A stretch of 64,000 nucleotides of DNA from an uncultured virus (IMG/VR IMGVR_UViG_3300017763_003721). Lineage: Duplodnaviria; Heunggongvirae; Uroviricota; Caudoviricetes. Location of the stretch: the IMG/VR virus record IMGVR_UViG_3300017763_003721, one strand, 5' to 3'. Every line of letters begins with the position of its first letter. The first letter of the stretch is position 1. The position numbers and the translations under genes were made by a program. The notes under the pieces were generated by a model that made no database searches, was not told the DNA's origin, and worked only from the letters and a program-made list of their open reading frames with translations. This document shows, in pieces, positions 48,824 through 59,429 of the stretch.

Positions 48824-50139
48824 GAACACAACCACAAGTAATCATCGAACGATTAGAAGCAGACAATTCACGTCTAGCTAAAGAAGCAGTAATACTAGAA
48901 GCAATGGAAGAAGGACTAGACGAGTTCTTTGAAGGTGTGCGTATGGCACTTGATCCGCTTATTACATTTGGTGTAAAGCAAGTACCAGAGCGGTCGGACG
49001 TTCTTACAGGACAGGGGTTAGCTTGGGAAACATTTGTTGAACTTGCAATGAATCTTGCAGGACGTAAGCTAACTGGACATGCGGCACGTGATGCAATTGA
49101 ACTTGCAATGAGTGTTGCTACTACTGAACAGTGGAATATGTTTTATCGTAGAATCCTTATTAAAGATCTACGTTGTGGTTGTAGTGAAAAGACAGTAAAC
49201 AAAGTAGCTAAGAAATTCCCACAATATGCTATTCCTACATTTACTTGCCAGCTTGCACATGACTCAGCTAATCATGAAAAGAAAATGGTTGGACCAAAGC
49301 AAATTGAAATTAAGCTAGATGGTGTTCGAGTTGTTACTATTATACGTGATGACAAAGTAGAAATGTTTAGTCGTAATGGCAAACAGTTTCATAACTTTGG
49401 ACATATTATTGCAGAGATTGAAGCTGTCATTAAAGACAACCCTGCTCCGTATCCGCTAGTATTAGATGGCGAAGTAATGAGTGCTAACTTCCAAGACCTT
49501 ATGAAGCAAGTACATCGTAAAGATGGTAAGCAGTCTACTGATGCTGTACTACACTTATTTGATATGCTTCCTCTTAGTAATTTTAGAGATGGTAGCTGGG
49601 ATAAACCACAAAACTTTAGAAGTCAAGCAGTTAAAGCTTGGGTAGAGCAACATGCAAGCGTCTTAGAGCACGTACAAGCACTAGACTGGGAAGATGTAGA
49701 CTTGAGTACTGCTGAAGGTGAAAAACGCTTTGTAGAGCTTAATAAAGCGGCTGTAGACGGTGGTTATGAAGGTGTAATGATAAAAGACATTGATGCACCA
49801 TATGAATGCAAGCGAAGTCATGCTTGGCTCAAAGCAAAACCATTTATAGAAGTAACATTGGAGGTGATTGATGTTGAAGAAGGAACAGGACGAAACGAAG
49901 GGCGTTTGGGGGCTGTGGTATGCTCTGGGACAGATGACGGCAAAGATATACGTGTCAATGTTGGCAGTGGCTTTACGGATGATAACAGAACCAGTTTTTG
50001 GACTGATCGCGATGCTCTTGTTGGTCAGCTTGTTGAAGTTAGGGCAGATGCAGTAACGCAAAATCAAGACGGAACTTACAGTTTACGTTTTCCACGTTTT
50101 AAAACTTTTAGAGGCTTTGAGCCAGGCGAAAAATTATGA
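48817..50139 (+). CDS. lig: ATP-dependent DNA ligase
   Basis: KLDGVR, LDGEV, EGVMIK, WLKAK, VGSGF, SLRFPRF. Confidence 0.95.
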   Translation: MVRTQPQVIIERLEADNSRLAKEAVILEAMEEGLDEFFEGVRMALDPLITFGVKQVPERSDVLTGQGLAWETFVELAMNLAGRKLTGHAARDAIELAMSVATTEQWNMFYRRILIKDLRCGCSEKTVNKVAKKFPQYAIPTFTCQLAHDSANHEKKMVGPKQIEIKLDGVRVVTIIRDDKVEMFSRNGKQFHNFGHIIAEIEAVIKDNPAPYPLVLDGEVMSANFQDLMKQVHRKDGKQSTDAVLHLFDMLPLSNFRDGSWDKPQNFRSQAVKAWVEQHASVLEHVQALDWEDVDLSTAEGEKRFVELNKAAVDGGYEGVMIKDIDAPYECKRSHAWLKAKPFIEVTLEVIDVEEGTGRNEGRLGAVVCSGTDDGKDIRVNVGSGFTDDNRTSFWTDRDALVGQLVEVRADAVTQNQDGTYSLRFPRFKTFRGFEPGEKL

Positions 50140-50486
50140 AGAAGATAGGTTTTTGGATTTATGATACGTACAATTTCTTTTTTAATCTTAAATACAATCC
50201 ATTACGTCATATACCTAATGCATTTACACAGTTTATACTGATGTTTTATCTAAGCGTGATGTGGACAGTAGTGTTTACCATCTGGACCGGATATACAATT
50301 TACTTTGGTATAGGCAGTGTAGGCGGGCATTTGCTTGTAATTGGTGCGTTCTTTATTACTGCACTTACATTTGAAGATGCAGAAAAGAACGGACACTTAT
50401 GGGTAAAAAGACAACCTAAATCGAAGACAACGTATTATGAAGCAGATAAAAATAAGTGTGTATGGGACTTAGAAAAAGAAGGATAA
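50136..50486 (+). CDS. Membrane protein (paralogue of the C-terminal part of 51252-51695)
   Basis: NPLRHIP...MW...H...IT..TFE motif. Confidence 0.6.
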   Translation: MKKIGFWIYDTYNFFFNLKYNPLRHIPNAFTQFILMFYLSVMWTVVFTIWTGYTIYFGIGSVGGHLLVIGAFFITALTFEDAEKNGHLWVKRQPKSKTTYYEADKNKCVWDLEKEG

Positions 50487-50490
50487 TTTA

Positions 50491-50733
50491 ATGAAAAGAT
50501 TTTTGTATTTTATAAAATGGAATTTAACTGATATGCAACCGTATACAAAACGTATGTTTGCATATTTTGCACTAGGAATTATCGCAGAATTTATTATTAA
50601 TGGCGGTATGATTATTGCACCTGTTTTAATCTTTCTTGATATGACTGTTGACTTAATTAGGAGACAGTACAAAGAATTTAGAAAAGAGCAAACAGATATA
50701 CTAGAAGCTATTAAAACTAATAAGAAAGTATAA
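50491..50733 (+). CDS. Small membrane protein
   Basis: Hydrophobic centre. Confidence 0.5.
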   Translation: MKRFLYFIKWNLTDMQPYTKRMFAYFALGIIAEFIINGGMIIAPVLIFLDMTVDLIRRQYKEFRKEQTDILEAIKTNKKV

Positions 50734-50737
50734 AAAC

Positions 50738-50857
50738 ATGAATGAACAAGATGCAATGTGGCAAACATTCGACACAATGAAGCCAGAAGAAAGTTGGGTG
50801 CCTACTGCACATGAAAAATGGCTTATTGATAAAATTGCACAAGCACTAAAGTCATGA
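50738..50857 (+). CDS. 39-aa hypothetical peptide
   Basis: Fills the gap; ATGA-coupled to the next gene. Confidence 0.4.
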   Translation: MNEQDAMWQTFDTMKPEESWVPTAHEKWLIDKIAQALKS

Positions 50858-51264
50858 GAGATGACTTAATGGTGCAACAACAGGTATCATCTGTATGGCA
50901 ACATATGGTAGGTGTTATCTGTCTTAATCAAACAAGTAGACATCAAGTCAAACGTGTTCTTCCTGAACTGTTTGAACATTGTCCTACTCCACAACGTTTA
51001 CTAAAAACAGGACCAGCATTACTAAAAGCCATACTTAAACCACTTGGCATGGTAAATGTAAGAGAGAAACGTATTAGACAGATGTCCAAAGACTTTCTTA
51101 CATGGGACGGTAACGATGCTACTAACTTATATGGCATTGGAAAATACGGTAGCGACAGTTATAGACTATTTTATAAAAACGAAATCCCCGAAGATGTTGG
51201 CGACCACGAACTAAAAAGATATATAAATGAAGAACTGAAAGGAACAGCAGAGTGTTTAGAGTAA
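50854..51264 (+). CDS. HhH-GPD DNA glycosylase (MBD4-like)
   Basis: WQHMVGVICLNQT, LKPLG, LYGIGKYGSDSYRLF, DHEL. Confidence 0.8.
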   Translation: MRDDLMVQQQVSSVWQHMVGVICLNQTSRHQVKRVLPELFEHCPTPQRLLKTGPALLKAILKPLGMVNVREKRIRQMSKDFLTWDGNDATNLYGIGKYGSDSYRLFYKNEIPEDVGDHELKRYINEELKGTAECLE

Positions 51265-51695
51265 CAGCGATTTTTAAAACACACAAAATATCTAAACTAT
51301 TCGATAACGTATTTGACGCTATCGAGTTTAAAGAAGATGCAGAAGCATATTACCCAATTAAAGTAACATTCGAAAAAGGATACGCACCAATGAGAACATT
51401 TATTGTAAATAGCTGGAACAGTATAATGGATATGAATCATAATCCATTAAAAAACATTCCAGACTTACAAGTAAGGCACTTAATTATGCAAGTACTAGCA
51501 TGGATGTGGTGCATTGTATTTGCTATGCTAGTTGGCAGTTGGACTGTATTTGGTATTAGTGCTATTGCACATGTAATGCTACTAGGTGCTGTTGCGATTA
51601 CAGTTGGTACATTTGAAACAGCCAAACGTAAGCCAACAGCATTCACAGCATTTCAAAGTCGCAATGGTAGAGGCGCTGGCGGCGAACACGAATAA
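51252..51695 (+). CDS. Membrane protein (paralogue of 50136-50486); may start at 51390
   Basis: NPLKNIP...MW...H...ITVGTFE. Confidence 0.6.
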   Translation: MFRVTAIFKTHKISKLFDNVFDAIEFKEDAEAYYPIKVTFEKGYAPMRTFIVNSWNSIMDMNHNPLKNIPDLQVRHLIMQVLAWMWCIVFAMLVGSWTVFGISAIAHVMLLGAVAITVGTFETAKRKPTAFTAFQSRNGRGAGGEHE

Positions 51696-51766
51696 ATCAA
51701 AAAAACTTGACTTTTTAAACAAATGACTATATAGTAGATATAACAGTCATTAAAGAGGAACGGCAA

Positions 51767-53065
51767 ATGGTATCTATCAAAGGCGCACCGAAGAAGAAAA
51801 AAGCAAGAGCTTCTCGTATAACAAAATCTGCAAAGTCAATGGTCCCACAATGGGATGGCTGGGAAGAATGGGATGGTCAAAAATTCCATACCTTTAGACG
51901 TCATTCACATGATTGGTACTACCAAACTTTTAAAGCTACTGAACTACATGCTCATTTATTTCAGTGGATGCTAGCTCAAGATGAATATACTAAAAATGAT
52001 ATAACGTCACTTAAGGCATTGCCTAATTGGAAAATACAACATGGCCTGTGCATTAATGCTAAATTATTATTAGATGGTATGCCAGCATTTAATCCTAAAG
52101 AAGCTGAGTATTGGGAAAGCTTGCCCGGCACACAAGGAGTAATATCTCCGATTACAGATTATATGAAGGAAAGGATCGCTGAACTAGTTGAAGAAGGATC
52201 AAAAATTTCTGCAACTAAGAAAGTAGAAGAAAAAGCAAAATCTGATGTTTATGTTCCTAGCATACAAGAACGTATACGCGATCAAGCTTCTGAAGCATCG
52301 GAAGAAATTGATATTTGGTTAGATGAGTTTGTTACAAATAAAGACGGCTTTGATCCAAAAGGGTTTGACTTTAAGAAACACTTTCAAAAGAAAGGCGTTA
52401 CACAAGCTCATGCACGTAAGATTATTAAATTTTACGAGGGCGAACTAGAAGAGTTTCGCGAACTACAAAAGATGCCAACTGCTGGTCAATTATCTAAAAT
52501 GGATGAAAAAGATGCTGATTGGTGGGAACAGTTAAAAGAAGGTTACGCACATCTTAATAAAAAAGATGTACAAAAGTTTATCTCTGCACTAGAATCGCTT
52601 GTAGAAGCTTGTAACTACGTTATAGACACCAGTAAAGCTACACGTAAGCCACGTAAATCTAAACCACGTAGTGCTGATAAAGTTGTTGAAAAGTTAAAGT
52701 TTGCAAAAACAAACGACAAGTATAAACTAGCAAGTATTGTTCCTACTGAAATTGTTGGTGCTAATGAGCTTTGGGTGTTTAATACTAAAACACGTAAGAT
52801 TGGCAAATACGTTGCTAGCAGTATTGATCCAAAAGGATTAGGACGAGACGGAACTGGACTTAGTGTAAAAGGCACTACTATTATTGGCTTTGATGAAAAG
52901 TTAAGTATACAGAAAACCTTACGTAAGCCAGAAGATCAGTTAAAAGAGTTTAAAGGTGCAGGTAAAGTTGCACTAAGAAAGTACTTAGATGAAATTAAAA
53001 CTACTGATACAAAGCTCAATGGGCGTATTAATCTGGATACAATACTATTAAAGGTATCTGGATAA
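51767..53065 (+). CDS. Conserved myophage hypothetical protein
   Basis: 432 aa; SIQERI, IVGANELWVFNTKTRK, KTLRKP, NGRIN motifs. Confidence 0.65.
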   Translation: MVSIKGAPKKKKARASRITKSAKSMVPQWDGWEEWDGQKFHTFRRHSHDWYYQTFKATELHAHLFQWMLAQDEYTKNDITSLKALPNWKIQHGLCINAKLLLDGMPAFNPKEAEYWESLPGTQGVISPITDYMKERIAELVEEGSKISATKKVEEKAKSDVYVPSIQERIRDQASEASEEIDIWLDEFVTNKDGFDPKGFDFKKHFQKKGVTQAHARKIIKFYEGELEEFRELQKMPTAGQLSKMDEKDADWWEQLKEGYAHLNKKDVQKFISALESLVEACNYVIDTSKATRKPRKSKPRSADKVVEKLKFAKTNDKYKLASIVPTEIVGANELWVFNTKTRKIGKYVASSIDPKGLGRDGTGLSVKGTTIIGFDEKLSIQKTLRKPEDQLKEFKGAGKVALRKYLDEIKTTDTKLNGRINLDTILLKVSG

Positions 53066-53073
53066 ATATTAGT

Positions 53074-54177
53074 ATGAGCACAGATATTCAAAAAGTAACA
53101 GACAGTTTGTCATCACTAGCATCTGCTATACAAGATCTAGCAAATGATTCTGAAACTGAAATCGAAATTAATGATCGTAGTTTAAGCGGTAATAAAATAC
53201 ATGGCGGAATGATAACCAAATTCAAAAGCCAAGGTATCCGTGATGAAAGCACACACGATACTGTTTTAGTGAATGACTTAGGGTTACACGTTGATAACAT
53301 AACTGTAAATGAAATTTTAAGTCCAGTTGCTGTAAAAGGTGACTTAAATGTTGAAGGTAGTATCACTGCACAGAAACTGCATGTAAATGAACTGACTGCT
53401 GATATACGTAATGAGCGTTCTAGTCCATTAGAATTTATTCCAGAAGGAGATGCTGGAATATACGGTAAAGGACTACAGTGGCGAGATCACGGTCCAACAA
53501 AACAGTTTATTTATAGGGCAAATCCAGATCGAATATGGACTACAGAAAGTTTAGACCTAAACGATGGTTGTAGCCTATACATTGGAAATGTTCCTGTTGT
53601 AAGTCAAAACGAATTAGGTAGCACAGTTAGCAAAAGTAGTTTGTCTACAGTTGGTACACTTAATAATCTTAAAACATCTAATAATTTAACAATTGACGAT
53701 TGGATCTACTATGAAGCAGACTCAAATAGACTAGGTATTGGTACAGAAGCTCCAAATGCTCAACTTAGTGTTGTAAGTTTAGAATCTGAATTTATTGTAG
53801 ATTGCGAAGGCTCAACTACCAAAATTGGTAATTGGACTACTGACACATTGGATATTGTTACTGATAATACTCCAAGAATAAGCATAAATGCATACGGAGA
53901 TATTGTACTAGGAAGTCACAGTGAAAATAAAACTAAAATCACAGGTAAGTTGGGTATAAATGTTAATAATCCTTCTGTTGATATAGAAACAGGAGGTCCT
54001 GTAAAATTTCAGGGTAAAAAATTCGAAACTGGGTTAGATATTCCTTCTTCAGGATCCTACAATAAGGGCGACATAGTATGGAACGATAATCCTACATCTA
54101 GCGGATACGTTGGATGGATTTGTTTAACGGCAGGCACTCCAGGAAACTGGAAGGCTTTCGGCCAAATTTCAATTTAA
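53074..54177 (+). CDS. Tail-fibre-like structural protein
   Basis: TAAATA 5 nt before ATG; RLGIGTEAP repeats; C-terminal GDIVWN...GWIC...GTPGNWK.FG. Confidence 0.65.
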   Translation: MSTDIQKVTDSLSSLASAIQDLANDSETEIEINDRSLSGNKIHGGMITKFKSQGIRDESTHDTVLVNDLGLHVDNITVNEILSPVAVKGDLNVEGSITAQKLHVNELTADIRNERSSPLEFIPEGDAGIYGKGLQWRDHGPTKQFIYRANPDRIWTTESLDLNDGCSLYIGNVPVVSQNELGSTVSKSSLSTVGTLNNLKTSNNLTIDDWIYYEADSNRLGIGTEAPNAQLSVVSLESEFIVDCEGSTTKIGNWTTDTLDIVTDNTPRISINAYGDIVLGSHSENKTKITGKLGINVNNPSVDIETGGPVKFQGKKFETGLDIPSSGSYNKGDIVWNDNPTSSGYVGWICLTAGTPGNWKAFGQISI

Positions 54178-54195
54178 ATCAAAGGATTAAAGATA

Positions 54196-54519
54196 ATGGC
54201 TAATAAGCAGGTTCGCCGTCGGCAAAGCTATGTGAGGAAAAAGGTGCAACGTTGGGATATGTTTGCAAAAGCAGTTCCTGCACTAATTTTAATTCTTAAT
54301 TTTGTTCTTGTAGGATTCAACTATGTTGATTTTCATAATGCATTTTGGATTACGCTGATACTAGTTAGTAGTATTAGTTGTGCTTGGTGGATATGGACTG
54401 TAATGACAGTTAACTTAGTTTACAAAACACTAAAAGATACAGAAGATAACTTACTGGAAGTAAAACAAGATATAAAAGAAGTTGTAGATGATGTTAAAGG
54501 GTTTCGTGATCATCCATAG
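54196..54519 (+). CDS. Two-TM membrane protein with C-terminal coiled coil
   Basis: Hydrophobic helices. Confidence 0.55.
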   Translation: MANKQVRRRQSYVRKKVQRWDMFAKAVPALILILNFVLVGFNYVDFHNAFWITLILVSSISCAWWIWTVMTVNLVYKTLKDTEDNLLEVKQDIKEVVDDVKGFRDHP

Positions 54520-55930
54520 AATAAGTATTGTTTGGTAGTAAGTCATATCCCAAATATAAAAACAAATAACTACTCTGATCGAACATGCTATGTCCGTTAG
54601 TAGTAGCTTTCAATGTACTTCTATCAAATCTTTTGTTTGGATTAACATATAAATCTAGTGTATTTTTTTGTTCGTCAGTTAACTCTATTGAAGCAACGTC
54701 TTTCCAAAATTGACTATCAGTCCGCTTAGTCATTGTGTAGTGTAACTCTATGTAACTTGCAATAGCATCAACTGCAAGGTTATTAATTTCATTGAAACGT
54801 TTTATTTTATCTTTAGGTAAAATGTAATCATGCATAAGCATATTATACACAGTAGAAATTTGATGATGCATAGTTGATATTGCTGTGCTTTCAATTGGCT
54901 CTAAAAAGAAACTACTAAGCCCAATAGAAACAACATTATTCTTCCAACTTTCTCTACGAATACCTACACCGAAGTCTAATTTGCGGAATGATAGTTCTTC
55001 TTTGTTATATCCATACATTTCGTTGAGGTGTTTCTTAAACTCCATTCTAGCATCATCTTCGCTAGTATGTCTCGAGCTATAAACATATCCTGTTCCTATT
55101 CTTGTTTGTAATGGCACGTTCCATACCCAGCCATTTTGTAATGCATGGCAGTATGTAGTATTACGCATTTGAGTTTCTTTATCACGGTATGGTAATTGTA
55201 CTGCTAGAGCAGAATCAACAAATAATCTATCACTATAAGATGTATCCCATTTTGAATCTACAGCATTTGATAATAATGCTTTGAATCCGGTACAGTCTAT
55301 AAATAGATCAGCAGTAATTGTTTCTCTGTTGCTAAGTGTTAAACTAGAAATGCTTTGATCTTTAACAGCAATGTCAGTAACATGTGCGTCAATTAACGAT
55401 AAGTTAGATCGCTTAAGAGACTCTTCTTTTAGTAACTGTGCATACTTAGTAGCATCAATATGATAACCGACCATACCAAGGCGGCCATCTTCGTTTTGTC
55501 CTTCTGGTTGAACAAATGTTTGACTACGTATGTTTGGCAATATATAGTTGTCGTTAACGTAGTCAGGCTGTGATTCGTATATGTTTAACGGTATGTGAGA
55601 AGAACAAGTTTCAGCTGACATTATATTATCATTTGAGCCTGATACTAAGAATGGATGAATCCAAGTTTCTCCAATCCGATTAAAATCTGCAAATTCAATA
55701 CTAAATTTTAATGAGCCATCAACTTTGTTTATCCATTCAGGTGTATTGAATACATCTAATTCCATTTCTTTGTGTGTAATATTAATATAAGGAATTGTGC
55801 TTTCACCAACACCAATTGTAGGAATATCGCTTGGTTCAATTATAGTTACATTAAATTCTGAATTTTTTGAAAGAAAAGCTGCCGCACTCCACCCTGATGT
55901 GCCACCACCTACTATAACAATATTAGTCAT
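54494..55930 (-). CDS. Tryptophan halogenase-like flavin-dependent enzyme (PrnA family)
   Basis: GGGTSG, IGVGEST, FIDCTG, GWVWNVPL, FLEPIEST. Confidence 0.88.
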   Translation of the reverse strand: MTNIVIVGGGTSGWSAAAFLSKNSEFNVTIIEPSDIPTIGVGESTIPYINITHKEMELDVFNTPEWINKVDGSLKFSIEFADFNRIGETWIHPFLVSGSNDNIMSAETCSSHIPLNIYESQPDYVNDNYILPNIRSQTFVQPEGQNEDGRLGMVGYHIDATKYAQLLKEESLKRSNLSLIDAHVTDIAVKDQSISSLTLSNRETITADLFIDCTGFKALLSNAVDSKWDTSYSDRLFVDSALAVQLPYRDKETQMRNTTYCHALQNGWVWNVPLQTRIGTGYVYSSRHTSEDDARMEFKKHLNEMYGYNKEELSFRKLDFGVGIRRESWKNNVVSIGLSSFFLEPIESTAISTMHHQISTVYNMLMHDYILPKDKIKRFNEINNLAVDAIASYIELHYTMTKRTDSQFWKDVASIELTDEQKNTLDLYVNPNKRFDRSTLKATTNGHSMFDQSSYLFLYLGYDLLPNNTYSMDDHETL

Positions 55931-56303
55931 TTACAACATTTGATCTAGCTTGCATTCTCATAGCAATGATTTGATCGGGAATCTCTTTTCCAGTTTCCAT
56001 CTTTCTTACAACGTACCAATCAGTTTGTGCTAGTATTTTTCTTGCTTGATGATTTTGTGCCATACGTTTTGTAAGTTCTGTATCAACAACAATGCCACTT
56101 ATATGACGTTCTACTTCTGCTTCTTGTTCTTCAGTAAGTTTGTGCCGTTCTAATTGCCAAAATCTGCTACGTTCATTTTGAGTATATGTGAGAACATCAT
56201 AGTCGAAACTAAAAGTAGGAATAGTATTAGATCTTAATACTTGACCATCATTTGTTCTACCAGTTGTACCAAACTCATCAATTTGAAATGCTATAATAGT
56301 CAT
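55923..56303 (-). CDS. Phage tail-assembly-chaperone-like protein
   Basis: L.QTDWYVVR..ETGKEIP...R..AR. Confidence 0.6.
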   Translation of the reverse strand: MTIIAFQIDEFGTTGRTNDGQVLRSNTIPTFSFDYDVLTYTQNERSRFWQLERHKLTEEQEAEVERHISGIVVDTELTKRMAQNHQARKILAQTDWYVVRKMETGKEIPDQIIAMRMQARSNVVND

Positions 56304-56314
56304 ATTATTCTCCT

Positions 56315-56866
56315 TTAACCAAACCAGTCCCACACATCGTAATCTGTAGTAGTAGTTACCGTATCTATCTGTTCGTTATATACCGGATCTGGAGTAACAG
56401 TGTAATAGTATCCTGTTACAGTGTATATATCAAATACCCAGCCTGAGCAGTTAACACTTCCGACTTGAGTCCATTGTCGAGTATAGCCGCTAAAAGAACC
56501 ATCAGGCCACGTTGGCATTCCACAATTAGTAGCGTCAGCGCCTGGAAACCATCGATAGCCGCCGCCTTGATAGGTTCTACCAGTTTCTTGGTAAGCTTGA
56601 TAAGGATCAGGGTATGTATAATAAGAATTATCTACTTGACTAGTTGTTGTTACAGATGCACCGTTTGGTACAAACTTGGTACCGTGTAATGGCCAAATTC
56701 CTGATAGCTTGTTTATGTTATCTTGTAGATCAGCACTACGCATTTCCACACCCATAAAGCCACCATTTGAACGACCACGTATTACACCTTTGGCCGCTGT
56801 CCACATTCCACTTTGTGATGCATCACCTCGTTTTTTTCCTTTAAGTCCACCGTTGTGTCTATACAC
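56315..56866 (-). CDS. Putative tail-associated protein
   Basis: HNGG..G...SG.W N-terminus; Thr/Tyr/Gly-rich. Confidence 0.5.
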   Translation of the reverse strand: MYRHNGGLKGKKRGDASQSGMWTAAKGVIRGRSNGGFMGVEMRSADLQDNINKLSGIWPLHGTKFVPNGASVTTTSQVDNSYYTYPDPYQAYQETGRTYQGGGYRWFPGADATNCGMPTWPDGSFSGYTRQWTQVGSVNCSGWVFDIYTVTGYYYTVTPDPVYNEQIDTVTTTTDYDVWDWFG

Positions 56867-57252
56867 TAGAATATAACCTCATATGATAAAGTATACGTCA
56901 GTGTACTTACTACATTTGCATAGCCTGCAATATAACCACCTTCTTCAACATACACAGGATTATCACTGCTAACAATAACCATAGTAGACTTTGCAGGAAC
57001 TACAACATTCTGGCAAAGCGGAACTGAAATTGGTATACCTGGGCCTCCATTATCTTGAATATAATGGTATACAGTTGCTTCGTAGTCTGTTGTAGTACTT
57101 GTATTAACAGCAAGAATAGTGTTTACTTTTTTTATTCTGCCTGCTAGTTCAGGCCCTACAGTTAGATAACTTCCACTCGGTCCAGCATTAGATGGCTGCA
57201 CTTGCTGTGTAATACCCCAAATTGTTCCTGTGTTAACAATATTATGTGCCAT
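56866..57252 (-). CDS. Small tail-associated protein (paralogue of 57252-57656)
   Basis: MAHNIVN...K.N.I...N...VPAKST...YV.EG...SYEVI. Confidence 0.6.
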   Translation of the reverse strand: MAHNIVNTGTIWGITQQVQPSNAGPSGSYLTVGPELAGRIKKVNTILAVNTSTTTDYEATVYHYIQDNGGPGIPISVPLCQNVVVPAKSTMVIVSSDNPVYVEEGGYIAGYANVVSTLTYTLSYEVIF

Positions 57253-57656
57253 TAGCTTATCACCTCATAACTTGCCGTAAACGTTAGTGTAGAAGCTTGA
57301 TTTGTAACTGCTACAATACTATGACCTTCATTGAGATAAATGCTGGTTGATTTTCCTAGGATGGATATAGTAGCTTTTGGCGGAATATCTATTTGATATG
57401 CTAGATATCCATTGACACTACTAGTACCATATGGACCAGCTACGGTGGCGTTCCGCCATACCGATGCCCAAGCTGTTGTGCCTGTTGTAATATTAGATAT
57501 TGTTATAGAATTTATTTTATATACTTCATCATTTGGCACAATACTTAAACCAGCGCCTTGGAGCGGCGGTATCATCGTCCCGTTGGTTGTTCCGAGTGCA
57601 TATCCCATTGATTTACCGTTAATTGTGCTTACTTGTACTATATTTGGGTTTGCCAT
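57252..57656 (-). CDS. Small tail-associated protein (paralogue of 56866-57252)
   Basis: MANPNIVQV...YKINSI...IPPKAT...IYLNEG...SYEVIS. Confidence 0.6.
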   Translation of the reverse strand: MANPNIVQVSTINGKSMGYALGTTNGTMIPPLQGAGLSIVPNDEVYKINSITISNITTGTTAWASVWRNATVAGPYGTSSVNGYLAYQIDIPPKATISILGKSTSIYLNEGHSIVAVTNQASTLTFTASYEVIS

Positions 57657-57665
57657 TTATTATCC

Positions 57666-59408
57666 TTATCCGAATACTATCGTCATTGCAATAGCTCTAC
57701 CATTTGTAAAGTATTTATTGTTGGATCCTTCAGCTAAATCATCTGTTGTATTGTTAGCCATAACTAGTCTATTATTGATACCGTCAACAAGCAATGAACT
57801 GTCATCGCCAAATACTGAACCAGACATTGTACCAGTTAAATTTCCAGTAACTGTACCACTAAGATTTCCTGAAATAGTGTCGGTTGCTGTTATTGCGCCC
57901 TCCAATCTAATATTTGTAGGAGTCATCTTTATTTCGGTCCATTGGCTAGCCCCAACATCCTCACTGATGAAATTTAAATAGCCCCCACTTGATCTTTGAC
58001 GTATAGTAATTGTATCATCGTCACCAACGTTACTTTGTAAATATATACTTGTTCCGTCAATTGACAAACCTGATACTACTTGGGCAGTTCCGCCATCGTC
58101 ATCTATATTACCAAGTATAACAGTGTCCCCTAAACCCAATGGTGACAAACTTAAACCATTCCTCAATGTGTCTCTGGTGTTTCCTTTAATTAATCTCAAT
58201 CCTGCTTTTGTATGCGAATAACTAGTACCCGTCACAGGTGCCCAACTAGCTTCTAATGATTTTGAAGCAACCATAGCAGGAGAAGCTTCATAGCCTGCAC
58301 TAGACGCTCCACTTGCAAAGGCTGAAAGAACTAAAGCATCACGAACTGACACATCGTTATTTTGTGTGTAATCATTCTCTAATGCAGGAGCAAATCCGTG
58401 TATCTTAATACTTTCGGTTGCTGTTACTGTTCCTAAATTACCATGCAAAGTATTGCTTACACCGTCAACTAGTATCGTAGAGTCATCACCAAAAACACTA
58501 CCAGTTAGATCACCATCAACGCTGTCTGCTATAACACCACTTAGTGTACTAATATAAGCACCAGTTACTCTAGTGTCAATAGCACTATTAGCTCTTGTGT
58601 CTGTATAGTATAAATTTGTGCCTTCTGCTAAATCACTAGTTGATTTAAGTGCAAGTCTTGTATCAAATCTATTATCTACTCTTGTGTCAGTATAAAATAA
58701 ATTTGTGTTTTCTGTAATAACTGAAGTGTCAATAATTTGATCAACCCACTTTGTGCCATTATGATACAACACTTTGCCAATACTAGGACTTGTCAACAGT
58801 ACATCGCCCATGTCAACTAGATTTGTTGTTTGATACTCAGCTGTAGCAACGCCACCGCTGGTGTAAGCAGTAAAAGCTGTTCCGTCTAAACTAGCTGATA
58901 ACACTGCGTCTGTATAAAGAGCAAACGTATTACTAGTAAGAATATCCATAAAATATTCATTACCGTTGAGTTGCGTCATACCTACAATATCTGTAAGTGT
59001 TACAGGAGTTCCTTCAGTAAATCCGTGTGCGGTGTTAGTTGTAATAACAACTGGATTGGCAGCTGTAGCATCTGTAACTGTTTTACTATTTCCACCTACT
59101 GTAGAACTTAATACAAGTTCACTACTACTATTTCTAGTAATAGTAATGTTTGCACCAGCTGATAATGTAATATCTTTTTGATTAGCGTTTACATCTTGCA
59201 GGCGTAGAATACTTGTTCCAATAGGAACACTAAATGAATAGTCTACGTTCAAGTCTAGCGTGTCACTGCCTTCTGCGGAAGCACTAAGACTAAGTCCTTT
59301 ATTTGCGTCTGCATTGATAGTAAGTGCATCAGAAACACCATCTGCTAGTAATGTTATATTATCTGGTGTTAAAACTACGCTTCTAAACGTGTCAATATAT
59401 GCTGTCAT
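57666..59408 (-). CDS. Tail fibre protein with E1-FCCH-like domain and internal repeats
   Basis: TAANPVVITT..AHGF..G..V....I.GMTQLNG; two GSVFGDDS.LVDG repeats; three T.DL.EG.NLY(Y/F)T repeats; C-terminal AIAMTIVFG. Confidence 0.7.
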   Translation of the reverse strand: MTAYIDTFRSVVLTPDNITLLADGVSDALTINADANKGLSLSASAEGSDTLDLNVDYSFSVPIGTSILRLQDVNANQKDITLSAGANITITRNSSSELVLSSTVGGNSKTVTDATAANPVVITTNTAHGFTEGTPVTLTDIVGMTQLNGNEYFMDILTSNTFALYTDAVLSASLDGTAFTAYTSGGVATAEYQTTNLVDMGDVLLTSPSIGKVLYHNGTKWVDQIIDTSVITENTNLFYTDTRVDNRFDTRLALKSTSDLAEGTNLYYTDTRANSAIDTRVTGAYISTLSGVIADSVDGDLTGSVFGDDSTILVDGVSNTLHGNLGTVTATESIKIHGFAPALENDYTQNNDVSVRDALVLSAFASGASSAGYEASPAMVASKSLEASWAPVTGTSYSHTKAGLRLIKGNTRDTLRNGLSLSPLGLGDTVILGNIDDDGGTAQVVSGLSIDGTSIYLQSNVGDDDTITIRQRSSGGYLNFISEDVGASQWTEIKMTPTNIRLEGAITATDTISGNLSGTVTGNLTGTMSGSVFGDDSSLLVDGINNRLVMANNTTDDLAEGSNNKYFTNGRAIAMTIVFG

Positions 59409-59429
59409 TAGTTATCCTACCTGTTACAG

